This document shows positions 35,351-46,900 of a stretch of 64,000 nt of DNA, in pieces. A program made the translations under genes and the position numbers. Below the pieces are notes generated by a model. The model saw nothing but the letters and a program-made list of their open reading frames with translations, was not told where the DNA came from and made no database searches. How positions within the stretch are numbered: position 1 is the stretch's first letter; every line of letters starts with the position of its first letter. This stretch comes from Amoebophrya sp. A120 (lineage: Eukaryota; Protista; Dinoflagellata). The DNA lies in assembly GCA_905178155.1 (NCBI GenBank), contig CAJINV010000004.1, positions 1,661,034 to 1,725,033 of the forward strand. Direction: 5' to 3'.

Positions 35351-38300
35351 ATGGCGCGCATCATCAACCGTGTGTGCGATGGCGTGTTCAACTACTTTGG
35401 GTTTGGGGCGCACAAGGGCGCGGGCCGCCTGCAGTTTTTCCTGCTGTTTCTGAACGTGATTTTTTCCGTGTGGCCGCTGGTCTGCTACGTCGTGTACTCG
35501 AAGGACATACACGTGGTCTATTGGCTGGGGAAAGTGCCGCAGTACGTCAACCTGTCCGTCCCGATCTGTCTGCTGTCCATGAACATCGGGGTCAACTACT
35601 TCCAATGCTTCCACGTGCGACCACAGGCGGCGCGAAAGGGATGCATCATGCTATTTGTGGTATTAAAGCTTTACCCTTAGTACCAAGAACTTCATGTGCC
35701 ACCAGGATTTTATTTTATTTTTTTTCATCAAGTAGTTGTTTGATTTTATGCATGAATTTTCCCGTACCAAAACGATTTTTGATTATTCGAAACAGGACGG
35801 TATGCTGAATTTTGTAGGTGAAAAAGAGTATAGTTGGGGCTGAGTCCGTTACGGTTCGTTCCGGTTCGTTTCACCGTAACGAACGAATTTTCGTTCGTTC
35901 GTTACGGTTCGTTATGGTTCGTTTCACCGTAACGAACGAGCTGCCGTTCGTTCGTTACGGTTCGTTTCACCGTAACGAACGAGCTCCTCACGAGCCGTAA
36001 CGCCGTAACGAACGAATCTGATTTTGGGAAAAAGACGTCCGTGCGTGAACACTGCAAAAGGTGAAAACTGCCTCGTCGTCTTTCCGCGAGACGGCGAAGA
36101 ACATCCGGCGCTGGCTTTGTGCTTTTCTCCTTAGCGAGCAAGTCCGGTGAGATCTTCCGGCAGGCGGTTGTTCGTCAAAGAGAAATGCGGCGCTATGCTC
36201 GTCTCTGCGGGCCAAGCGGCGCGTCCGGGCGGAGCCCTGGACGTCCGTCCGATTACGGCGAGGTCGTACACTTGCTCGTGTTCTTCTAGCTGGAGCCCGG
36301 TGCATCCGAGTGAGCCGGTCCGGCTCGGCAGCGCGGGGGCCAAAAATCCTGCGTGCGTGTCCTCCACGCGGGCGGCCCCTGGGTGCGTCACGGTCGCTGC
36401 CTTTTCTTGGCGCACGGTTAGTGGATGTCGAGCCGCTGGGGTGGCGCCCCGATGTGCCCTGCAGCCAGGCAGCGCGGACTTCCTCCTTCGTGATCGCTGG
36501 GGCCTTCATTTCGTCCTTTGCGATTTTCGTTTTTTCCGTGTCTGGCACGGGTGGGCAGATCGCGTTCTGTTCAGGGTCTCAGGGTCTCTCTCGTGAATCA
36601 CGCTGACGCAAAATGCAGAGCACCGTCGCGCGGAATATTCCCCCCGACGGTGCTCTGCATTTTGTTCCTTTCAGCTTTTGCTCTGCCTCACGCGCTCGTT
36701 CTATTGCCATACTGTTTGGCGCGTTCGTTCGTTCGTTCGTTCGTTACGGGGAAACGAACCATAACGAGCTCACGAAAGTCGGTTCGTTCGTTCGTTTGGT
36801 CGTTAGCGGACCCGCGAACCCACTTCGTTCGTTCGTTCGTTACGGTGAAACGAACCATAACGAACGAACGAACGAACGCAAACCCCTTCGTTCGTTCGTT
36901 CGTTCGTTCGTTCGTTTGCGTGGCTGCCTGAACCGGACTTGTTCGTTCGTTCGTTCGTTACGGTGAAACGAACCATAACGAGCTCACGAAATTGCGTTCG
37001 TTCGTTCGTTTGGTCGTTAGCGAACCTGCGAAGCCACTTCGTTCGTTCGTTCGTTACGGTGAAACGAACGAACGAACGAACGAAAGCGCATTCGTTCGTT
37101 CGTTCGTTCGTTCGTTCGTTCGTTCGTTTGCATGGCAAAGCCAGTGCGTTCGTTCGTTCGTTCGTTCGTTTGTTCGTTCTGATGACACAAACGGACTCGC
37201 TCGTTCGTTCGTTACGGTGAAACGAACCATAACGAACCGTAACGAACGAACGAAAGTTCGTTCGTTACGGTGAAACGAACCGGAACGAACCGTAACGGAC
37301 TCAGCCCCAACTATATTGGTGAAAAAATTGCGACTTGTACAACAGCCACGCGTAATTGCATTTTTACTGCAAAAGAATTATGTCATTGGCTAAGCATACC
37401 GTCGTGGAAAGTGCACAATCGCGGCAGGATAATGGTTGTGTAGTATGTATGGATAATAGTTACGTACTCCCTGGCTGGCTTAGTTGTTGATTCGTGACCG
37501 ACACAGATCTCGAACATTTCTTGTCCGAGCGTCCGACTGCAAATGTCGCACAGCGTGGACCCAAGATTTTGGTGGTTGTGGATTTTGTCCGCACACGGCT
37601 GGGGGTAGTTGCACGCGCCACCCCTTGCGCGGCCCGGGTGCGCGAATCGGACCACCCGTCCGGGCCCGGACGGGTGCCCCGGCGGCGGGGCCTCGGGCTC
37701 TCCGGGTGCGCGAATCGGACCACCCGTTCGGGCCCGGACGGGTGCCCCGGCGGCCGGGCCTCGGGATCTCCGGGTGCGTGAATCGGACCACCCCGCCCGG
37801 GCCCGGACGGGTGCCCCGGCGGCTGGGCTTCGGGATCTCCGGGTGCGCGAATCGGACCACCCGTCCGGGCCCGGACGGGTGCCCCGGCGGCGGGCCCCCG
37901 GGATCTCCGGGTGCGCGAATCGGACCACCCGTCCGGGCCCGGACGGGTGCCCCGGCGGCGGGGCCCCGGGATCTCCGGGTGCGCGAATCGGACCACCCGT
38001 CCGGGCCCGGACGGGTGCCCCGGCGGCGGGCCCCCGGGATCTCCGGGTGCGCGAATCGGACCACCCGTCCGGGCCCGGACGGGTGCCCCGGCGGCGGGGC
38101 CCCGGGATCTCCGGGTGCGCGAATCGGACCACCCGTCCGGGCCCGGACGGGTGCCCCGGCGGCGGGGCCCCGGGATCTCCGGGTGCGCGAATCGGACCAC
38201 CACCCGCCCGGGCCCGGACGGGTGCCCCTTCGGCGGGGCCCCGGGATCTCCGGGTGCGTGAATCGGACCACCCCGCCCGGGCCCGGACGGGTGCCCCGGC

Positions 38301-40119
38301 GGCTGGGCTTCGGGATCTCCGGGTGCGCGAATCGGACCACCCCGCCCGGGCCCGGACGGGTGCCCCGGCGGCGGGGCCTCGGGATCTCCGGGTGCGCGAA
38401 TCGGACCACCCCGCCCGGGCCCGGACGGGTGCCCCGGCGGCGGGGCCTCGGGATCTCCGGGTGCTGGAGAAGGGTGGCAACCAAATCCGAGGCGCGCTCC
38501 CGGAGAGGGCGGTCTCGGGGGCGCGCCGAAGTTCGGCGTGTGCGAAAACGACGGCCGCCAAATCCGGTCAAAGAAAGTTTGGTCGGTCGCCAAATCCAGC
38601 CAAACTTTGGTCGGTCGCCAAATCCGGCCAAAGTTTGGTCGGTCGCCAAATCCGGCCAAAGTTTGGTCGGTCGCCATGTCCGACTAAAGTTTGGTCGGTC
38701 GCCAAACCTAGCCAGACTTTGTTCGGCTGCAGAACCCGACCAGAATGAGTTTGAGGTGTGGTCGGTCGCCGGAACCGACCAGAACCTACCTGGTAGCCGG
38801 AAGCTCCTGCTCTCCACTCGGCAGATAATTGTTCACAATTTTCTATTTGCAACTTCCATGAGCATAACCTCAGGAGGCTCTGGTGGTTCTATGGGCGTAC
38901 TTTTAGTACTTGCCCTCTGTGTTTCAGTTTCTGTCCGAAATAGTACAAACATCGATGCTGTTGATGAACACAAAGACCTGGCTCAGTACCCATCTCAAAA
39001 ATCCGAATCCCAATGCAAACCACTTCCCGGCGCCAGGTTCTCGGCACGGTGCTGATATGTATGGGCGCCTACGTGACGATGCAGGCGGAGAAGGTATCCA
39101 CCGATCTGGTGCAAAACTGCGGGTCTGATCCGCTCTCCGCCGCGCTGCAGGAGACCTGGACGAGCTGCAAGGATTTCTACCTCAAATGCGACCCCACCTT
39201 CACGCAAAACATGGAGGCCTGCCCTGGCTTCGCTGACCAGCAGTTCCAGTATGCAGGTGCACTGCTCCTGCTCATTTGAAGAGCATGCGCGAGCAATTTA
39301 CTTTTTGGAAGCACCAGGCAGCAAGCATATCACCACCTGCGTTCTATGGAGCCTGTGTGTGACAAGTTCGTCCTTGTGCACTAATTCTAACGTTCCGATT
39401 CACTGTTTGGGCGTTTGGAATTACTTATGACTTTTGCATGCAAGAATTAGAGCCCGTTCACAGCAACTGGTGGATTTGGCGGCTTGCATCACGAATGAGG
39501 GTGAGGCATGCTGTTGCACTTTCATATCCAACAGCCCCCACCGACCGCAGCGGAGCTTGCTGCGGAGGAGGCCGACGCAGAGGGTGGGGAGACCCCGTCC
39601 CCCGGCGTTTTCCGCGTGTCCAAAACCTACTACAGCTACCTTGTGGACTATGCAAATGAGAAAGTGTTGGCTACTGTTGCACGCATAGTGTATGCAGGCC
39701 GAGCAAGACAGCCAAGTTCTGTCATGTCGGATCGGTTGAGGAGCCTACCCTACGTACTAGTTTCACACGTGTTCTTCTTTTCCCTTGTGGTGATCTCGGC
39801 ATTGCAATTTTTCCCTGTTGGCATGAAGAGAAAGAAAGTTTGTGTCGCATGCTGAAGGTGCTTACAACATACCGTGGAACCGTATAAAAACACTTTTCCC
39901 CGGCAGACTGGCACCGAGTTCGAGTTCGACTGCACCGGCTTCTGCGAGTTTTACGCGCAGCCAATATGGAACAAGCTCAGCGAAGGCGAGCACCGCTGCG
40001 CCTCCGAAATCGCCAGAAGGGTAGGCGCAGTCAGTGTCACGGTGGGTCTGCCGACCGCCGGACTGGGGGTTGCGCTTTTCCTCGTCGGCGTCATGCTCGC
40101 GGGATACGACCACTTGTAA
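35351..40119 (+). CDS. Unknown four-transmembrane protein with Cys-rich loop (tetraspanin-like topology)
   Basis: Exon 35351-35659, GT-AG intron 35660-39036, exons split by IEs 39250 and 39649, stop TAA 40119. Confidence 0.75.
35831..37313. mobile_element. Non-autonomous foldback/MITE-like element with ~108-bp TIRs, (CGTT)n arrays and TA flanks
   Basis: ta|tagttggggctgagtccgttacgg ... ccgtaacggactcagccccaacta|ta. Confidence 0.85.
37634..38464. repeat. GC-rich 68-bp minisatellite, ~12 copies, containing the 24-bp palindrome CACCCGTCCGGGCCCGGACGGGTG
   Basis: Direct reading. Confidence 0.92.
38556..38706. repeat. 28-bp tandem repeat x~5 (cgccaaatccggccaaagtttggtcggt)
   Basis: Direct reading. 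Confidence 0.85.
39250..39526. mobile_element. IE (TATGCAGGTGCAC)
   Basis: flanks tccag/tccaa; frame restored. Confidence 0.8.
39649..39907. mobile_element. Decayed IE, also readable as GT-AG intron 39643-39906
   Basis: tatgcaaatgagaaagtgtt...aacacttttccccggcaga; 264-nt removal restores frame either way. Confidence 0.6.
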
Positions 40120-40959
40120 ATCTGAAGGATGCAAAGTTGCAGTGGTCCAACAGCAACAGCTCCTGTCATTCTTCTTTGCCGCAAAGCAATGGCAATCCTT
40201 ATCCCGCACCGTCCACGTGGGAGGCCGTGTTGTGTGCAGGCACGGGCCAAGAACATGAACATGGAGATTGGCGCAGTCTGCGGTTTTTCTATCGCGAGTC
40301 TGTCCTCGCCAGGACACAGAAAGTGGAGATCAAAAAACCCTACGAGCAATGTGAACGTTTATATGTAGTGAGGTCACGAACGTTCTATCCTAGTTCTGGC
40401 ACTAGACGCAAAAACATACACCTGCTATAGTTCTCTTTTCCCAACAAAAGAAGGCAGGAGCTGTAAAAATGCGGGAGCACTTCACTATGTTCTAGCGTAG
40501 TGTTAGTCCCGTCGGCCTTCATACCACTCCAGTGGATGTTCATGTTCTCTTATTTCATAATAGACGCAAGAACCTTGAAGATTTTGCGGACCCTCCCTAC
40601 ACGTATACATACCATTTACAACAGCGAAGTAGAAATCGTGAGTGGGCAAGGCCCGGATTTGTATCACATTTGGAGTGGGAAGATCGACCTCATCTTTGAT
40701 CAATTGGTCCGATGTGAAACCAGCATGATCTTCGTGGCTTTTGTAAATCGATCCAGCATTATGGGCTCCTTCGAGTCTGTCGGGCACAGTACAACGGTTG
40801 TAGCAGGCCGCGCAGATCATACATTGATTTCCATAATCACCTGGAAAGAAATGATAATGGACGAATGATCATACGTTATTTAACGTATATCGGGATACTT
40901 AATCACGATATTAAGTATCATAAAAATTTCTACTGCAGTAGATAAACATCGAAATAATC

Positions 40960-43900
40960 ATGGAGGCTTGCATCGCGGCGGCTCGCAAACTGAGCTCTCC
41001 GGAGCTAATTGCCCGGGCAGTTCGCGAATGTGGAGAGGTCGCCGAGGAGTGTCTACGCAGAAGCGCAGCTGCACTTACGGACGGCGGCGCAAGTGCCGAA
41101 CAACAGCATGCAGCTGCGGTTTCCAGCTGTATGCACGGACAGACGATAGAAGCAGGTCGTAACCTTCACAACGCCAACATTGACCCGACGACTTTTGTAA
41201 CGAACGAGAAAGCTTTCTTCGGCGCAGCAACCTCCCCTTCCTGGTCAACTTTTTTCACGTCGCAATACTACTTCTCGCTGAGCTCGACGTTGTTTTTTCA
41301 GCTCCGCTATGCTGTGCAAAAGTATCGCACTCGTAGAAATGCATTACAAATTTCCTCAGCGTGAGCAATAAAATTTGTGATGCTGGTTTACCTTAAGAAG
41401 AAGATTTGTAATGCATGATTGCAATACGAGTGCGATACTTTTTTGCACAGGATATCCGCGTGTCGCTGTTACCTGCGAGCATCAACAACTTTATCGAACT
41501 CTTGCTGGGGTTATCGAGTGTAAAAATGTCTGGGTCTGGAAGAGTACAGCTTGTCATGCTAAATCTGAATCATACAAAAATCTGTGTTGCATGATTACCA
41601 ATAAAGCTGTTCACTTTTGAGAAGGCCGAGAGGCAGTTTCTCATTCGGAAAAGGCATGGTAAAGATCTCACAGAATCTGTGATGCTAGGGCATGCATCAC
41701 AGACCTCACACGTCGTGCAAAACGTGCATGACAAACCTGGCAATCTTCCAGACCCAGACACTTTTACATTTGATAGGGGTATTACTGGGAGCTCTCCGGC
41801 GCAACGAGTTTCATCCTGGCGGTGGTGTTTCCCTGGGTGTTATCAAATGCAAAAGTATCTGGGTCTGGAAGAATGCAAGATTTGTCATGCATATTTCTCA
41901 TGACCCATGATCCCTGCAATGCATGACCTAGTAGCATCGCAGACATTTATTTAGAAGGCTTCCTGATGCACCTTCCGCATGAGACACGCCCTGTCCGTGT
42001 AGCACAAACTGCGCCCCTCTTGCTGGTCATGCAATACAAATTTTTTTAGAGTAAGAGTCCAAAAACAGCATGACAAGTTGCAATCTTCCAGACCCAGACA
42101 TTTTTGCAGTTGATAGGTGTTTCTGTGGCTCTTCAGCGGGTTGCTCTTGTCGTTGCTCAGGTTTTATCCGCTGCAAAAGTTCTTGTATCGTCTACGTCGT
42201 ACTACCAATTGCGGTACTGCATGAAGGCAAAAAATCTTTTATCGGTTTCATTTGCCTGAACTGGCATTACAAACTGCACTTGTAGTTCTCTTTCTGGAAA
42301 ATTATGTAAGTTTTGCATTTTTCACGTAGAAGTGCAAGTGCGATACTTTTGCAACGCATAGGTTTGTGCAGTTCCAGTACCACTTAAGTTTCATCGCCGT
42401 GGACTCGCTGCTTCTGTCCGTGCTGTTTCTCATGCTTCGTGTGGAAGACGTGACCTACTGGTTCGTGCAGAGACTGCATAGAAGAATTTTCGTCGAAATT
42501 GTGCCGGTGGTGCAGGAATTGCTGCTACCGGGGTGGGCGAAGAAGCTGCTGCTAAATAGAAATCACCGTCGCGGTGAAGATATTATCAATGAAGGAAATC
42601 GTGGGGAAATGAAGGAAGTCGGCCTCATCTCTCCTGCTCCTTCTGCTGCTGCGCAGGATGATCACCTTCACCACGAAAGTGGGCGAGCGAGCTCTTCGCC
42701 GGAGCGTAACGAGCCACAGCATGTAGACACAGGTAACTGCATCGTGAAAAATAAATCGGGCCGAAGTATCAACAAAAATGCAGCTGCCCCTGCTTCACTA
42801 TGCATGGCAAAAGTATCGCACTAGTACAACTTGCGTAAATACATATTTGCTTTTAGCGTGACAGATGAACAAATTCGCCATGCGGATTTGCTGTGAAAAT
42901 CGGATTTGTGATGCACGCCAACCATTACTACGAGTGCGATGCTTTTGCAATGCATATTCTCTTAGCACAGGCACAGCTGAGCAGTCTCGATGCGAGCACA
43001 GGAGTGTGATGGAGACGGAGCTCGAAGAAATAATGCGGTCCTGTAGTCCACCGCTTCCGATATGCAAGAAAAAAACTGTGTAAGTAAGTGTAGATCTGTG
43101 ATGCAGAAAATGCAAAACAGTTACACTTGTCATGCTCGACATGCATGATCGGCTCGCTTCCCATGTGTTTTCCCTTCCTAGCTACGCATAACAAGTTTTT
43201 CCTGTCATTGCAGTCAAACTTGTGATGCTGTTTTCCCAAAAGACTTACACTAACAAAGTTTTTTTCTTGGATACCCGAAGATGTTGCGATACGACAATGA
43301 TGACTTGCAATTGTCCTCGAAGAGGACCACGATAGGAGACCCACCAGCGGCGGCAGCAGGAAGCACTATAATCTCCGATACAGAAGGAGAAGGAAATAAC
43401 GAGGTGACGTCATGGTCTACTCTACCAGAAGGTCTTCATACGAGCACCGGCGCCGCAACGCATACGCAACGACCAGACGGGACAAGGACCATAAATAAGA
43501 GCGCGGCGACCGCGACGTCGACCACTACGTCCAAAAAAATGATGAACCTCAGGTCATCTTCGGTAAAAGACCTGTGCGCCAAGTTGGAGCCGTTTTTCGT
43601 TCGGAAACCAGGCGGGAACGACACGGTGTGTGCGCGGTTACTGGGCCAATGTCTCGACAAGCTGATTGCGCATCACATAACGCAGCTGAAGGTCAGCGGG
43701 GTTAGTAGAAGCAGAGTAGCTGCTGCTGTTACGACGCAGAAGACGAACGCAATAAGCTACACGAATATGTTGAAAGCATCAAGGGGGCGAAAAGAGGACA
43801 TTGATGAAGATGAATCAGCAGGGGGACCTATCCCGAGTAATTAAAAGCGTTCCATTTTTCCAGAGGCAAGATGAGAAATCTGCGTAGACAAATGAACAAG

Positions 43901-46900
43901 TTTTGGTTAATGTTGCGCATCAACAAGTTTGGGCCTGCTATGTAGAAGTCGAAATTAGCTACTTCAGAAGAACCATAGATCGAGCGTCTTATCCTGATTC
44001 AAGCATGAACAAACCCAAAAAAACCAATAGAAAACGTTGCGCATGCGGAGTTCATCTTGCATCACAATTCTGGAGGCGGGAACCTTTTTGCACAGAATAG
44101 GATCGTCAAACGAGACTCCGACAGATGGCAAGAGTGTCGACGGCGCAGCTCTGACCACTGACGAGGACAATGTTGATGATCTTCAAAATTATGAAGGAGA
44201 TAATCGTCTAGACAGTGATGCTCTGCTCGCGGAAGAGGACCACGAGCAGCAGGTCGTCCAAAAATACCGTGCCCGCGATATTAATTCTTTTGCGCCAACA
44301 TCCTCTAGCTCCTCGTCCGCCTCCAGTGCCGACGAACTAATCAGCCACCCCGAGCACCACGACGAGACCGAGAGCAGCAGCCGCATTCTAGCTTCGGACC
44401 TGGACCCGACCTGCGAGCGGCGAAGGAGCTCGGTAACGCAGTTGCTCCTCCGGCGGAGACACCAAAACAGGTCTAGAAGCATGGACGATTTACTTGCTGA
44501 TGTGGCACCAGCTCCTGCGAGGAAAAGTTTGGACGATGAAACAAGTCTTGCAGGCGCCACCCCCACGACTGCCTCCGGACCTCCAACTACCAGCACAACT
44601 TCAAGCAAAATAAGTGCAGAGATGGTTCTACCTCCGGGAGTCAGTTGTAATAGCGCCCCGTCCTCGGAGCAAGATGTTACCACGACCCCGCGGTCGTCCT
44701 GCACGGCAAAGTCCGATTCGCTGCTGACGGCATCAAATAAGTTCCGAACGACAGGAATCACTCGAAACAGACACCGTAGCGGCTCGGCAGCATCCATAAA
44801 TAACGTCATGCAGCATTCTGGGACCACGATGAACAATAAACGCGCATACTCCTGTAGTGACATCTATTCAACCGCGTTCCACCACTCCCTGGACGCCAAC
44901 GAGGAGCTGCTCGAGTGGTTGCACGCCCGGAAACGCAGTCTCGGGCTCACCGCGCTGTGCCTTTCCGGCGGGGGAACGCTGGCGATGATTCACTTCGGCC
45001 TGATTCGGTATTTGCTGGAAGCGGAGAAGGAGCAGACAGAGAACCACCAGCAGCGAAGGAGGTTCATCGACCGTGAGGGGCAGCAGGAGGAGGAGGAGGA
45101 GGAGGACTCTTGCTGCAATGTTGATGGTCAAGTCGAAGCAGATGAGACAACATCAAGAACAACCCGACCAGTAGAACGGCCAGAACCGTGTGAACATGAC
45201 CACAGTCGAAGGAAACAAGAACCACCCACAACTTCTAGTACTAGTACACGTAGTACATCGCCTTCCGGACGAGTTGTAGATGTTGAAAACGACGTGAAGC
45301 CGAAGTTTCGCGGATTCCTCCCGAATGTGATCAGTGGCGTTTCCGGCGGGAGCATCGTGGCCGGGTTTCTCGCGTATTTCACCGACGAGGAGCTTTTGAG
45401 CGAGATCTGCGTCCCGGAACTGATCAACCGGCACTGGCCCCACCGGTTTTTCCCGCCATTGTGGCGCGAGTTTTACAATTTTTTCCACACCGGAAATCTG
45501 GTGGAGTCGGAGGAGTTCGACAAAACGCTGAAAGCTATCCTGTGCAAAAGTATCGTGGTCGTAGTTGTAATCGCAGTCATGCAATACAAATTTTCATCTC
45601 AAGGTAAAACAGCATTACAATAGAGTGGGGTAACAATGAAATCCTTATCCGCCCCCCCGGCGGATAAGCCGGGGGGGGGCCCCCCCCCGGCTTATCCNNN
45701 NNNNNNNNNNNNNNNNNNNNNNNNNNNNNNNNNNNNNNNNNNNGAGTGGGGTAACAATGAAATCCTTATCCGCCCCCCCGGCGGATAAGCCGGGGGGGGG
45801 GGCCCCCCCGGCTTATCCGCCGGCGGGCCGTACCGGTATAGCCGCGACAAAGTGGCCGGGCGCTGCCATCGCCTGAGGGACCCGGAAATGCCGACAGCAT
45901 CCGGCATGTTGTGGCAAGATTTTGAAACGCCACAAAGAAAGGTCGACGGCAAGCATGACGCCGCCGGCCTTTGAGGTGTTTCTTTGAAAGTTGTAGCAGG
46001 CGCAGCATTTGAAGGCCCCGCACTCACTGCCGGGACTGCTTTGGACTTAAAAAAAACCGCCAGCAGATACATACTTGCCACGCAAAAGGTGCGAAAGCTT
46101 GGGGAATTCGCCACGCAAGAAGTGGCCCAGCAAATAGCAGCGGGCAGACAAGGCCAGGGCCAGAGCTTGCCCCACAGAAGTAAACTCGCTCCCAGCGTGA
46201 GGGCCGCAGAGCTTCTTCGCATATACCCTTCGGGCCATGCCCTGCGCTTACTTGCCAGGCCATGCCGCCCTGCTCTGTCTTGGGCATGCCTGCAGGCAGC
46301 TGCTTAGGGTCCGAAGCGAGAACGAAACACAGCCACGGACTGAAGGTTTCATCTTGCGCGCGCCCACCTTCTAGGGGTGTGCGCCTCCCTGTGCCAACCC
46401 AAGCCCGCCGCCCGCAATGGGCCCCCCTGCTTTTTCAATGGGCCCAGCCTGCCATGCACCGAAACAGGCCGCGACAACGCCCACGCCTGCGCGCCGAGGG
46501 CTCGCCCCTTTCTTAATAAATGCGGGGCGCCGTCGGTGGTAAAATTCCCCCCGATGGTGTGCTCGACTTATATTCTACCGAGACAGGAGGGGGCTCTAGG
46601 CTGGGCAGTCATTTCCTGGGCCGCGGGCCGGGCCGTGCTGGTGACATGTTAGCTTGCCGCAGCGCGATTCAATAGCTTCCGCCACGGCCATAGATATTTA
46701 AGCAATTGCGCCGCGCGGGCGACAGCCTCGCGCGCTCTCCTTTTGTTCGCCGGCTTTTTTTTTTGATACCGCCGCCGGCCAATGTGCTAGCTCTAAGTTT
46801 CCGGCGCGGCGCAAATCCCCGCCCGAAGTCAGTGATGCGAAACAGGCCACGGGGCCCAGTGAGGTTTTCTCGGTTCCCATTACAGGTTTTCCCGCTTCCC

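Noticed and set aside
37383-39055. Overlapping 380-520 aa ORFs on both strands
   Set aside because: They arise from the stop-poor 68-bp GC satellite inside an intron.
45623-45820. Apparent tandem duplication of the TIR around the N run
   Set aside because: Most likely overlapping contig ends at a hairpin-induced assembly gap.
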